A DNA stretch of 64,000 nt. Origin: a virus. The notes beneath the pieces were generated by a model that saw only the letters and a program-made list of their open reading frames with translations, had not been told where the DNA came from and made no database searches. The position numbers were made by a program, and so were the translations under genes. The stretch is from positions 1 through 64,000 of IMG/VR virus record IMGVR_UViG_3300030390_002309; one strand, 5' to 3'. Shown here piece by piece: positions 41,125-50,177 of the stretch; within the stretch, counting starts at the first letter, position 1; each line of letters starts with the position of its first letter.

Positions 41125-41337
41125 TTAATTCCAAAATATTAATTTAGCAAGGACGCCTATCATCGCTACCCATACCGACCATAGGGCGCCATTTGCTTTT
41201 TTTCTAAATTCTGTATTGCGATTAACTCTAGATATAGTTCCATCATCTGGATCTAATAATCTAATTTTTATCTCTCTTACATCAGCTTTAAGTTCTACAA
41301 GCTCTTCATGTAATTGTTCATTTGTTAATCGTGCCAT
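41125..41337 (-). CDS. Small coiled-coil protein with C-terminal TM helix
   Basis: ALWSVWVAMIGVLAKLIFW. Confidence 0.55.
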   Translation of the reverse strand: MARLTNEQLHEELVELKADVREIKIRLLDPDDGTISRVNRNTEFRKKANGALWSVWVAMIGVLAKLIFWN

Positions 41338-41346
41338 AATACAGTT

Positions 41347-41532
41347 TTAAGATCTTTTTGATTCTGTAACAGATGCCTTTCTATATTCTGTTACTAGTTT
41401 TTTTAATTCACCAACTGCCTTCCTTGCTCTTGTTGCAGCTGCTTTATTTCCCTTCTCTAAAAACTTTGAATGGTTCTCACTAAACTCTGTCCAAAATCCT
41501 TCCATCTTTGTATATAACTCTTCTGATGCCAT
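41347..41532 (-). CDS. Histone H1-like (Hc1-family) nucleoid protein
   Basis: KGNKAAATRARKA..ELKKL..EYRKASV pattern. Confidence 0.7.
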   Translation of the reverse strand: MASEELYTKMEGFWTEFSENHSKFLEKGNKAAATRARKAVGELKKLVTEYRKASVTESKRS

Positions 41533-41567
41533 AATAACTCTCCTTTTGTTAATTTAATATAAATATG

Positions 41568-41792
41568 CTACTCTTGATTAAAATCAGAAAAAATATCCTC
41601 GGCTTGTTTTGAAACTTTAAAGTCTAATTTCAACGCATGTTCTAATTGGTGGTCATTCATTACATCTAGTGCTTGAAATACTAAATCTCCATCTAGATAG
41701 ACCTCACCAATTAGGGTTTCATCGTCGACAAAAAACTCTAGTTCTTCGCCTTCAAATACTTCGCCGGTGGATATGTTTTCTATTGTAATCAT
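41568..41792 (-). CDS. Acidic hypothetical protein
   Basis: ORF; late-type motif 5 nt upstream of ATG. Confidence 0.55.
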   Translation of the reverse strand: MITIENISTGEVFEGEELEFFVDDETLIGEVYLDGDLVFQALDVMNDHQLEHALKLDFKVSKQAEDIFSDFNQE

Positions 41793-41829
41793 TTATAATA
41801 AATATGCTATTACACCGGTTTTAAACCTA

Positions 41830-42021
41830 TTACGCCTTAGAAGCAGCGGCTATTATACAACTAATTCCTGATATAGAAATTAAACCAAAGAATGCCATTT
41901 CATTTAATGGTCCTGCAAAGTTAATATAATCTAAAATTGCTCCGGTTCCGGTCATATATGCTAATTTTAAACAAACATAACCTCCGATAATTAACGATAA
42001 ATTTGTGATGAACTTTTTCAT
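41830..42021 (-). CDS. Small membrane protein
   Basis: Two hydrophobic helices; early-type promoter at 42041-42095. Confidence 0.55.
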   Translation of the reverse strand: MKKFITNLSLIIGGYVCLKLAYMTGTGAILDYINFAGPLNEMAFFGLISISGISCIIAAASKA

Positions 42022-42077
42022 ATTTTTTACTTTTTATTTATATAATAAAGATAAGAAATATATTTCAATTAGGCAAA

Positions 42078-42269
42078 TTATTTTGAAGCTTTTTTCCTAT
42101 ATATATCAGTTATTTTAGTATGGGCATATGACCATCTTTCTTTAACTTCTTTATATTGATGATGAGGCTGTGTTCTCATTTTTTGCAATTGTTCATCAAA
42201 TTCTTTTTTCATGTCCATTGAATCAATTGATTCAGTTATCTCGTACCAAAAATCTTCATAATGCCCCAT
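42078..42269 (-). CDS. Hypothetical protein
   Basis: ORF with late-type motif at 42301. Confidence 0.55.
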   Translation of the reverse strand: MGHYEDFWYEITESIDSMDMKKEFDEQLQKMRTQPHHQYKEVKERWSYAHTKITDIYRKKASK

Positions 42270-42307
42270 AACGTAACTCCTATATTAATTTGTTAAAACT
42301 ATAAATA

Positions 42308-42634
42308 TTACTTACTTATTGTTCCTTTTATAAATTTCTTCTGTTTTTCTATGGCTTCATTAAGCTCGGTTTTATCCGTAGTGTGCTTTCTGGTAATCTT
42401 ATCTTCTGTTAACTTTCCAACATCAGTACTACCTACATATGAATCAATAAACCATACAGATTTCTTATCCATATCTTTCTTCCATTTAACAGATGGCAAA
42501 ATAGTACCGGATTGTACACACTTTAATTTGTAAGTTATCTTGTCTAGAACTTCAATTACAGAATATAATGAAGTGGTTGATAGGAAAGATGCAATTACTG
42601 TATCTCCTATATTTAGTTTTTTCTTTCTGCCCAT
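42308..42634 (-). CDS. Hypothetical protein
   Basis: ORF behind the early-type promoter at 42650-42690. Confidence 0.55.
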   Translation of the reverse strand: MGRKKKLNIGDTVIASFLSTTSLYSVIEVLDKITYKLKCVQSGTILPSVKWKKDMDKKSVWFIDSYVGSTDVGKLTEDKITRKHTTDKTELNEAIEKQKKFIKGTISK

Positions 42635-42708
42635 ATCTTTGTTTTATTTATATATAAAGATAAAAAATATATTTCAATTAGGCAAATATTTTAATAGGAA
42701 TGTTTTTA

Positions 42709-43587
42709 TTAGTTTTGATCGTATTCATCAATTTCGGCCATTATTGATGAAAATTGTTTTCTTAATGATTCATGTTCCATTTGAAGTTTTTCAAGTACTG
42801 CACCATATCTATCTGTAGTAGGTCCTCCTTCTGGACTAGCTTCTTGCTCCATATCTTTTTGTGTTTGAATAATCTCTTTAGTCTTTTGTAGCATTTCCAT
42901 TTCAATGTCCATTGCTTCATTTCGTTTATTCATTATCCAATCATATGCTTCAAATGGTGTTTTAAAGTTAGGTAGTGCTTCATTTACCTCACCACCTTTG
43001 GCAACATGTTTATCTAGTAGATGTTTCAATGTTATAGTGAATTCGGTATCATCATTTGCTTCTACTTCTTTAAGTTCAAGTTCTGCATCTGCATGAAGAC
43101 CACTAATTTTATCTTCATATGCTTTATATGTTGAATTAGCTAATTCAGAAGCAGATCTTTTCTTCTTACTCAAATCAGCAGCAATCTTAGTATGTTTTGC
43201 AATTGCCTTTTCATTACCACTTGCTTTAGCTGATTTATATTTTTCTAAGTTAACTAATAATAAGGAAGATAATGCTTGTTCCTTTTTAACAGCTTTATCA
43301 TAATCAGACTTTAATGATCTAGCACTTTTTGCTTCCCTCATTTGTTCTGGATCAGAAAATCCTTCATCAGGTAGTTCAGCTTCAATAAGAGATTTAATCT
43401 CTTCTTCTACCATTTCTTTAATCTTATTAACAAGACCTTTATGTTTTGTTGATGCCATTTTATCTACTTCTTTTTTAGTCATATCATCTGCAACTTCTCC
43501 GGCTTCACCTTTTTTAGGTATATCACCTTTTTGCATAGCTTTCACTACACCAAAGAACTTTTGCTGTTGTTTACTTTTGGATGGCAT
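42709..43587 (-). CDS. DUF3008-like N-terminus plus coiled coil; possible internal head protein
   Basis: MPSKSKQQQKFFG...MTKKEVDKMASTKHKGL; start at 43587 coupled to the upstream stop. Confidence 0.55.
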   Translation of the reverse strand: MPSKSKQQQKFFGVVKAMQKGDIPKKGEAGEVADDMTKKEVDKMASTKHKGLVNKIKEMVEEEIKSLIEAELPDEGFSDPEQMREAKSARSLKSDYDKAVKKEQALSSLLLVNLEKYKSAKASGNEKAIAKHTKIAADLSKKKRSASELANSTYKAYEDKISGLHADAELELKEVEANDDTEFTITLKHLLDKHVAKGGEVNEALPNFKTPFEAYDWIMNKRNEAMDIEMEMLQKTKEIIQTQKDMEQEASPEGGPTTDRYGAVLEKLQMEHESLRKQFSSIMAEIDEYDQN

Positions 43588-44579
43588 TAATACCAACCAT
43601 CTAATTTACCAGATTTGAATTTGTTCAATATAACTTTAATATCACCTGCCTTCTGTTTCATTCTGTCTTCACTATATTTTTTACTATATTGATCATCTTC
43701 TTGCTTTTCAGCTTCATTTTGCAATTGGATATATTCACCATAATAATATAATGCCTTACTCATTCCTTTAGTAACATTTTCTAATTCAACTTCATTACCA
43801 TTAACAGTTGCCATTATCTGACTATATCTACCTAGTTTAGGTAATCCCATTGACTCTGCAACAACCTTATTAGATATTTGAACTATTTTAGCAACCATTG
43901 CATCTACCTGATCTCTACCACCTACTCTTGCATTTAGTATTTCTTTATATCTAGATAGGTTTGCTGCTTTCCATGCCTTAGCATCTTTGAAAGTATCTTT
44001 ACCTAATTTCAAATCAGCTCTTTTAGCTTTCAATGCTGAAGTTCCTCCTCTATAAGAATCTAAATCAAATACATATACTACATCAGCAAGTTCTCTTAAC
44101 TTCTTAACCATCATAGTACCAAAAGCACCTTTTCCAATTGGATCTGCTGAACCTTTATAGGATGAAGTAGCTGTCTTACTTCCTACACCACCTTGACGGC
44201 CATGGTATTGAATTTTATTATCAACGGTAACAGCTAATACTGCAGGACCTCTTAATGTTCTATCATATGCCCATCCTTTGCTACTTGCAAATGGATTAGC
44301 TATATCTTGATTAATAACATAGAATGCCATTCCTTTTTTAACATCTGGAGAAGTTGGTTGAACTTTACGGAAACTACCTTTTGGTAATTTATCCCAAGCA
44401 ATGTCATATGTTTTAGCAGCTGCATCCCAAAACTTTCTATAGTTAGTATTTAATGATCCTCTACCTAGCTTATCTAGTTTAGCAATCAATGGATCACCAA
44501 ATGCTTCATTAATTGAAGAAGCACGAAGTTCTTTGATCAACTCTTCTTTAATGATTCTTCTTATGTCTGATTTTTTCAT
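43587..44579 (-). CDS. Basic hypothetical late protein (possible internal head protein)
   Basis: MKKSDIRRIIKEELIKE..SINEA; late-type motif at 44607. Confidence 0.55.
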   Translation of the reverse strand: MKKSDIRRIIKEELIKELRASSINEAFGDPLIAKLDKLGRGSLNTNYRKFWDAAAKTYDIAWDKLPKGSFRKVQPTSPDVKKGMAFYVINQDIANPFASSKGWAYDRTLRGPAVLAVTVDNKIQYHGRQGGVGSKTATSSYKGSADPIGKGAFGTMMVKKLRELADVVYVFDLDSYRGGTSALKAKRADLKLGKDTFKDAKAWKAANLSRYKEILNARVGGRDQVDAMVAKIVQISNKVVAESMGLPKLGRYSQIMATVNGNEVELENVTKGMSKALYYYGEYIQLQNEAEKQEDDQYSKKYSEDRMKQKAGDIKVILNKFKSGKLDGWY

Positions 44580-44721
44580 CTTTATTCCTCTTAAGGTTTC
44601 TTTTTAATAAATATGCCGGGGCAGGAGATTACCGGCGGTTACGGTTAAGAAAAGGTGGTGGTTAGGGAGGTGTGGTAAAAAAAGAATTAGTGTGGTTTTA
44701 AAAAGGTATAGTGAGGTTAAA

Positions 44722-44780
44722 AAAAGCTTGCCAATAATTAGGTTATATGAGATTAATTTCTTATCTTTATATATAATAAA
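44722..44780 (+). promoter_or_regulatory. Early-type promoter copy in + orientation
   Basis: AAAAAAGCTT...TTAGGTTATATGAGATTAATTTCTTATCTTTATATATA, upstream of the only clear + strand operon. Confidence 0.75.
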
Positions 44781-44792
44781 AAGGTAGAAATT

Positions 44793-44981
44793 ATGAGCAA
44801 ATTATTAGATGAAATAATTAAAGAAAGTGAAAGGTTGAAGGCCTTAGGTTGGAAGCCTCAATTTAGAGGAGATACCGGAATCAATATTGCCCAAGTTATG
44901 ATTGATAACAATATCAAAGCAAGGAACCAATGGGATGCCGCTTTTATGGAAACCTTCCAAGAAATTAAAAATAACAAATAA
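44793..44981 (+). CDS. Hypothetical early protein
   Basis: ORF directly behind the promoter. Confidence 0.65.
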   Translation: MSKLLDEIIKESERLKALGWKPQFRGDTGINIAQVMIDNNIKARNQWDAAFMETFQEIKNNK

Positions 44982-44986
44982 CAGAT

Positions 44987-45124
44987 ATGAAAATAATTGA
45001 AAGATTCAAATGTGAAATGACCGGAGATCATTGTGTTGTAATACGTGATAAGGACGGTGATGAAATGTGTATGTTGGTAGAAGATTACAACTTCTTTTAT
45101 AGTCCAACCAAACCATTAGTATAA
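44987..45124 (+). CDS. 45-aa hypothetical protein (not in ORF track)
   Basis: MKIIERFKCEMTGDHCVVIRD...KPLV*, TAATG-coupled to the next gene. Confidence 0.6.
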   Translation: MKIIERFKCEMTGDHCVVIRDKDGDEMCMLVEDYNFFYSPTKPLV

Positions 45125-45510
45125 TGAGTAAAGTATTAGTTAGTGAATTTGCAGTTGCCGGAAAAGAGGTGCAAAGAACATATGCAATACATGGCGGATT
45201 GATTCCGCCCTTTACAATGACATGTAACGGAGAACGTTATATTATGCCCGGATGGTATAAGCTAAAAGCGAATGAAGCTACACCAGATATAAAGGATATT
45301 GCTTATTATCCATATAAGCCTAAAAAAGCTAATATACCTAATTTACCTAATATAAAGAGCAATAAGGTATATAAGGTAAAGAGCTCTAAAGGTAATAGCT
45401 TTTATGAAGTTCAATTGAACACCTCTGGATCATTGGAATGTTCATGCCCAGGTTATGGGTTTAGGCGTAAGTGCCGTCATGTAACCGAATTAATGCAAAC
45501 ATCTATTTAA
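45124..45510 (+). CDS. SWIM zinc-finger protein
   Basis: CSCPGYGFRRKCRH (CxCx8CxH). Confidence 0.8.
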   Translation: MSKVLVSEFAVAGKEVQRTYAIHGGLIPPFTMTCNGERYIMPGWYKLKANEATPDIKDIAYYPYKPKKANIPNLPNIKSNKVYKVKSSKGNSFYEVQLNTSGSLECSCPGYGFRRKCRHVTELMQTSI

Positions 45511-45875
45511 TGCCCTCTCCCCTTATTATAGCATGCAGTATCGAATAGAATGTCTTTTATAATATATATAATGAAAAAAATGTTTACGTTAGGTTAAACA
45601 TAGCTTTGTTATGATTCAATAGCATGCTTACCAGCATGGAGGCGCAGCCTCTATCCACCGAATACCATCTATATAGCAAAAAAGCTATGAACGCGATAAA
45701 AATATATATATCGCCCCCCAGAGCACCAAGATCACCTGGTATGTTAAGGATAACCGGTATATGCCCCTATATATGGTGGTTTTAGGGCTATATAGGGCTT
45801 TATAGGGTGATATGGTGGTATTAGCCCCAGTATGGGTGCAGTACGGTCTGGTATGAATAGGTATGACCTGCTTCC

Positions 45876-45930
45876 CTCTATATAGTATATGCTCTCTTTA
45901 TATATGATTGCTCTCTATATATAGTATGCT
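45876..45930. repeat. Three imperfect 18-19 bp tandem repeats
   Basis: ctctatatagtatatgct / ctctttatatatgattgct / ctctatatatagtatgct. Confidence 0.6.
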
Positions 45931-46107
45931 CATCATCTCTATCTCTTGCTACTGCATATTCTTCTAACAGCTTCCGGACACTTACGACAGTACTTGATAG
46001 ATAGTGCGATAGACCAGGAACCACCCTAGCCTATCTGAGATATGATATATACTACTAGCCGGTATATAAGCGGTCTACATCTTTATATAAAGATCTCTCT
46101 ATATATA

Positions 46108-46425
46108 CTATAGTTCTTCTTCTCCAAAGAATGCTGGATGACCATTATATGCTAATTGGTCTTCTATACTTGCCAACATATACTTTGCTCTTTGCTTAAA
46201 GAAGCCTACAAACAAACTATGGTTCTCACTCGCCTTAGGATATATAGTCTCGGTATGCTCACATTCACCATAGGTAGCATCATTATACTTACCTACCAAT
46301 ATATTACATCTATACTCTGAATCATACTTAGTACTTACTACAACTTTACCAGGAACTATACTATCTAACATCACTTGGGCTACTTTTACTACTTGGTTGA
46401 TTGGGTCTATTTGGTTTTTTATCAT
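46108..46425 (-). CDS. Hypothetical early protein
   Basis: ORF behind a promoter variant at 46456-46490. Confidence 0.6.
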   Translation of the reverse strand: MIKNQIDPINQVVKVAQVMLDSIVPGKVVVSTKYDSEYRCNILVGKYNDATYGECEHTETIYPKASENHSLFVGFFKQRAKYMLASIEDQLAYNGHPAFFGEEEL

Positions 46426-47075
46426 ATCTTTATTTTTTATTTCTTTTAATTATACTATAAATATAAGGACTTTTTTTCAATTAGGCAAATGATCTAACAG
46501 CTTTATTCCGGAAATAAACAAAAAAAAGCTAACAATTTATTAGGAATTACGAAGAATAGTTTGCACCACGTCTAACGATCTCTATACAAAATCCTATATA
46601 TAATGGCCTATACATTGAGATCTCTTATATAAAGGATAGCAAGCAAGCCTTAATGCAGTTTAAAATGTTATGTAATTTTTTTTCTATAGGAAATATTTGG
46701 AAGAACGACATATATTTATATACATTTTCTGGAGATCATCCTATACATAGACTCTGATAAGGCCTATCAATCTATCCTATGCGTATAGTACAATCTATTA
46801 TATAGGATTAATTGTTTTAAAGGTTCAATTACACTATCGATATATGGTAAAGGTTCTGTTATCACCATACTTTGATAGGTCATTACATGTTCGGATAACA
46901 TGGTGTACTAGGGTCTTTGACCCTCTGTATAGATCCATATACCAGAGTCCATTTAATCCTTATCCTGTAATGCAATATAAGCCAATATTGCTAATGCAAT
47001 GGATAAGCATAACCCTATATATGCTATAAATCCCATACACTACCTCTTCGCTTCTTGGCTATATAGCATCTTATT

Positions 47076-47264
47076 CTATATAAAAGGTTCTTCATCTCCT
47101 AATCCTTTGTATATGCCATAAGCCATATAGCCTATTAAGCCTATTGTTATCATCGCTGGTATTATATTGAACAATATAGTTGCTACTATCAATACTGCTA
47201 TTGGCCATATGGCTATTGCTATCAATATACTTGCTATCATCTTATATAGCTTACTTCTATTCAT
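47076..47264 (-). CDS. Small membrane protein
   Basis: Long hydrophobic stretch; last gene of a minus-strand run. Confidence 0.55.
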   Translation of the reverse strand: MNRSKLYKMIASILIAIAIWPIAVLIVATILFNIIPAMITIGLIGYMAYGIYKGLGDEEPFI

Positions 47265-47685
47265 CGGTAGGTAGCTTCTCTCTATTCATGCTACTCAATT
47301 CACCGTCCACCTTATTGGTCTTTGGTTTAAATTTACTTGGCTGAACTTTAATACTATCCCAACTACCGTCTGGATAATCTATTCTCCTAAGCATTATCTC
47401 ATCAATCTTTCTATCTATTCTATTCACCGATTGATTCAATTCAAGTACATCATCCTCCGTTCTCTTCACTTGCTCATAAAGAGAGTCCAACCATAACTTG
47501 TCTGCTTCACTTGGTATCCAATAATTGTTTTCCGGTGTTTCTATATGAGTATTCCAATAATGACGTTCACAATGTTTATACAATTCAATTGATCCATATA
47601 CCAACATAAGTACAATGGCACCGCATATAGCTATAAATGCTCCACGGCCTGAATCTTTTATTTGTTTATTTGTTTTTCCTTGCAT
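47257..47685 (-). CDS. Membrane-anchored coiled-coil protein
   Basis: N-terminal TM helix. Confidence 0.55.
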   Translation of the reverse strand: MQGKTNKQIKDSGRGAFIAICGAIVLMLVYGSIELYKHCERHYWNTHIETPENNYWIPSEADKLWLDSLYEQVKRTEDDVLELNQSVNRIDRKIDEIMLRRIDYPDGSWDSIKVQPSKFKPKTNKVDGELSSMNREKLPTDE

Positions 47686-47959
47686 AATCTTCTCCTAATA
47701 TTTCACATACATCCGATAAGTTCACATACCATTTACCATCCATCATATGTTTATCCGCTGCCCATATTTCATCAAGTATCTCTGACCTGCTAATAGCTGA
47801 TTGAGCACTTGTTGTAATTTTTTCTCGAGTAGGGAAGTTATACTTTGATTGGTTTCTTGTACCTTTCTTAACTATCTTTTCACTACCAATTGGTCCTCCA
47901 ACATCTCTTGATCTTATCTCTCCCGTATCTGGGTTTCTTTCATATATCTTCTTTGCCAT
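47666..47959 (-). CDS. Hypothetical protein
   Basis: KIYERNPDTGEIRSR N-terminus. Confidence 0.55.
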   Translation of the reverse strand: MAKKIYERNPDTGEIRSRDVGGPIGSEKIVKKGTRNQSKYNFPTREKITTSAQSAISRSEILDEIWAADKHMMDGKWYVNLSDVCEILGEDYARKNK

Positions 47960-47962
47960 AAC

Positions 47963-48145
47963 TTAATCCTTAATAGTCCCTTCAATGCGAGCGAAGCGAG
48001 CTAATACCGGCTTCCCAAACTTAACCGCACACCACACCACTCCTACGGCTGCCAATCCAATCACTGATAAATTTATTAAATTCGGATGCCAATGTTCTCC
48101 ACATAGTCCCGTTGCATGATATAAAAATTCTAATACTGTCTCCAT
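47963..48145 (-). CDS. Small membrane protein
   Basis: H..GLCGEHWHPNL followed by a TM helix. Confidence 0.55.
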   Translation of the reverse strand: METVLEFLYHATGLCGEHWHPNLINLSVIGLAAVGVVWCAVKFGKPVLARFARIEGTIKD

Positions 48146-48151
48146 AATTTA

Positions 48152-48403
48152 CTATTTGTTTTGTGGCGTCATCGTTGCTTGTTGATTAGCCTGATTTGAT
48201 ACACCCACTATTGTTTGTACCGTTTCTCTTAATTCTTTTGCTTCAGCAATATCTTTAACCAACTTGCTACATTCTCCTACGATATCTGGATGTTCTCCAA
48301 TACCAGCAGCTCTATCCATATAGTTTTGTAAATTAGCTATTGCCTTTGCTTCTTTTGCATTTGCTTCTGCAATGATTGCATTCATAATTAGTTGTCCGTT
48401 CAT
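48152..48403 (-). CDS. Small helical phage protein
   Basis: AAGIGEHPDIV motif recalled from small proteins of T4-like marine phages. Confidence 0.6.
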   Translation of the reverse strand: MNGQLIMNAIIAEANAKEAKAIANLQNYMDRAAGIGEHPDIVGECSKLVKDIAEAKELRETVQTIVGVSNQANQQATMTPQNK

Positions 48404-48451
48404 ATTATTTTCTTTTTATTATTAATATATTTAATATACTGTAATCTATCA

Positions 48452-48760
48452 TTATTGTATATACTCTGTTAAATATTTTGCTAACCAATATGATACCTTA
48501 TATCCTGTGAACCCACCTAATGCAGTTGGTATTGGAAATAAAATAAACTTGGCTAATGATGTTGTGTATTTAGGTCTATTGATTACTCTGCTAATATAAA
48601 AGTAATGTACCATATATCCTATCAACACTGCTATATCTATTCTTAGTGCAATGAATGGTACTATAATTGCTCCACTAAATCCAAATAGAAAGTTTTCTAA
48701 TATTGCAACACCTATATCTTTCTTAGGTGCTTCTTTATATTCTTTTCTTATCGTATTCAT
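48452..48760 (-). CDS. Membrane protein
   Basis: Three hydrophobic segments. Confidence 0.6.
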   Translation of the reverse strand: MNTIRKEYKEAPKKDIGVAILENFLFGFSGAIIVPFIALRIDIAVLIGYMVHYFYISRVINRPKYTTSLAKFILFPIPTALGGFTGYKVSYWLAKYLTEYIQ

Positions 48761-48761
48761 A

Positions 48762-48956
48762 TTAAAACGGCATTCCGTTATCCTTATCTAATTGATCTTC
48801 ATAATCTCTCATTTGCCTAAACCAATCCGAAGATACTGTTATACATATAGCATCTGTATCACTTGGAGATTGTCTCCACCAAGTTGATGGATACTGTTTC
48901 CTTGCAATTGTATCCAATCCTTTTTCTTTAATCCAAATTTGTACTACTGGTTTCAT
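48762..48956 (-). CDS. Hypothetical protein
   Basis: ORF in tight operon. Confidence 0.55.
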   Translation of the reverse strand: MKPVVQIWIKEKGLDTIARKQYPSTWWRQSPSDTDAICITVSSDWFRQMRDYEDQLDKDNGMPF

Positions 48957-48957
48957 G

Positions 48958-49197
48958 TTATTTCTTTTTATTTTCTACTACTGCAATATCATCATATCCA
49001 CGTGCAATATATTTCTTAACTAATCTCATGGACTCTTCTAATGTCAATTTTTCTCTTCCGTCTATATCAATTGGAATGCCGCCTAACCAAAATGTATATG
49101 TTATATTATTCATCTCTTCGATTATCACATTCCTTACATTTGCTCTTACTATTGAATTTGATATCCATTCTTTTAATTTACGGTCTACTAATTTCAT
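48958..49197 (-). CDS. Hypothetical protein
   Basis: ORF in tight operon. Confidence 0.55.
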   Translation of the reverse strand: MKLVDRKLKEWISNSIVRANVRNVIIEEMNNITYTFWLGGIPIDIDGREKLTLEESMRLVKKYIARGYDDIAVVENKKK

Positions 49198-49481
49198 TTC
49201 TTAAATTTATTTTGTTTCTTTTGAAACTTAATAAAATCTTTATCCTTGTCAGCACTTAAGCCTCCTATCGTAAAACTCTTATCATGTTCTTTAGGCCATG
49301 GTCCTTGCTTATCAGCTTGTTCTAGAAACTCTTGTACATCTGGATCATCTGCCCATAGTTCAATATGATCTTTAATTTTTGGTTTGTTATCATTCTCTTC
49401 TGGTGTTATGGGAGTATTCATTGCTTCTATTATACACCAAATCCATATTACAACAAACCCTATTCCTATTATCATTTCCAT
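49194..49481 (-). CDS. Membrane-anchored hypothetical protein
   Basis: N-terminal TM helix; promoter-like motif immediately upstream. Confidence 0.55.
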   Translation of the reverse strand: MEMIIGIGFVVIWIWCIIEAMNTPITPEENDNKPKIKDHIELWADDPDVQEFLEQADKQGPWPKEHDKSFTIGGLSADKDKDFIKFQKKQNKFKK

Positions 49482-49514
49482 ATTACTTAATATAACAAAT
49501 TAATTTCAATTATC

Positions 49515-50027
49515 CTAATCTTTATGCAGATATTTTAAATACCTTTTATTCATATTATCATAATACTTAGTATTCGTCAATATATTATGTGCCTTATCTA
49601 ATGCCTCTCTTGTTGCTATATTGATTAAGAAATAAGGAGCATGGCTTCTTGCATTGAATCCATTTATATCTTCCTTATCATTTGGATTAAAACATATACA
49701 TTTCAAATGTCCGTAACCATTCTCCTTCATCGTACTATTAATGAAATCTTGATATCTTACTGTATCAACATTTGATAGTTCTTCTTCTGATACTTGTACA
49801 AATAAAGCACTATCATATTCTGAGTCATCGTATAACTTAATCTTGTCTAATAATGTAGACTCATTAGGATCAAATTTATCTATCATTAGTTTGTCCTTAT
49901 CCAATTCAGCTCCTACAAATGGACATGTAGGTAATCCTCCATACTCTTCCCTAGGCTCTCTGAGTATTCCAATGTAATCTAATACCTTACTCTTAAAATT
50001 AGTATATGGACATTTTGATTTAGTCAT
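49515..50027 (-). CDS. Hypothetical protein (DUF1415-like CPF motif)
   Basis: GGLPTCPF ... APYFLINI. Confidence 0.45.
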   Translation of the reverse strand: MTKSKCPYTNFKSKVLDYIGILREPREEYGGLPTCPFVGAELDKDKLMIDKFDPNESTLLDKIKLYDDSEYDSALFVQVSEEELSNVDTVRYQDFINSTMKENGYGHLKCICFNPNDKEDINGFNARSHAPYFLINIATREALDKAHNILTNTKYYDNMNKRYLKYLHKD

Positions 50028-50177
50028 CTATTTGATTCTCTTCTGGTTGATTACAACCTTCTCCTCCGTAGTGTTCATAGTTTTTGGCTATTACTTTTTT
50101 TTCATTCTTGGCTTCCCATAATATACCTACTATAAAAATAGTAAATATTGCTCCGCCTACTATAAACATTACTATAT

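Noticed and set aside
189-43096. Many + strand ORFs in the track (e.g. 189-635, 3693-4361, 13161-13478, 25108-25482)
   Set aside because: They are antisense shadows of long minus-strand genes, with no motifs or promoters.
46844-47029. 61-aa + strand ORF in the gene-poor region
   Set aside because: No promoter block, atypical composition and no motif; likely spurious.
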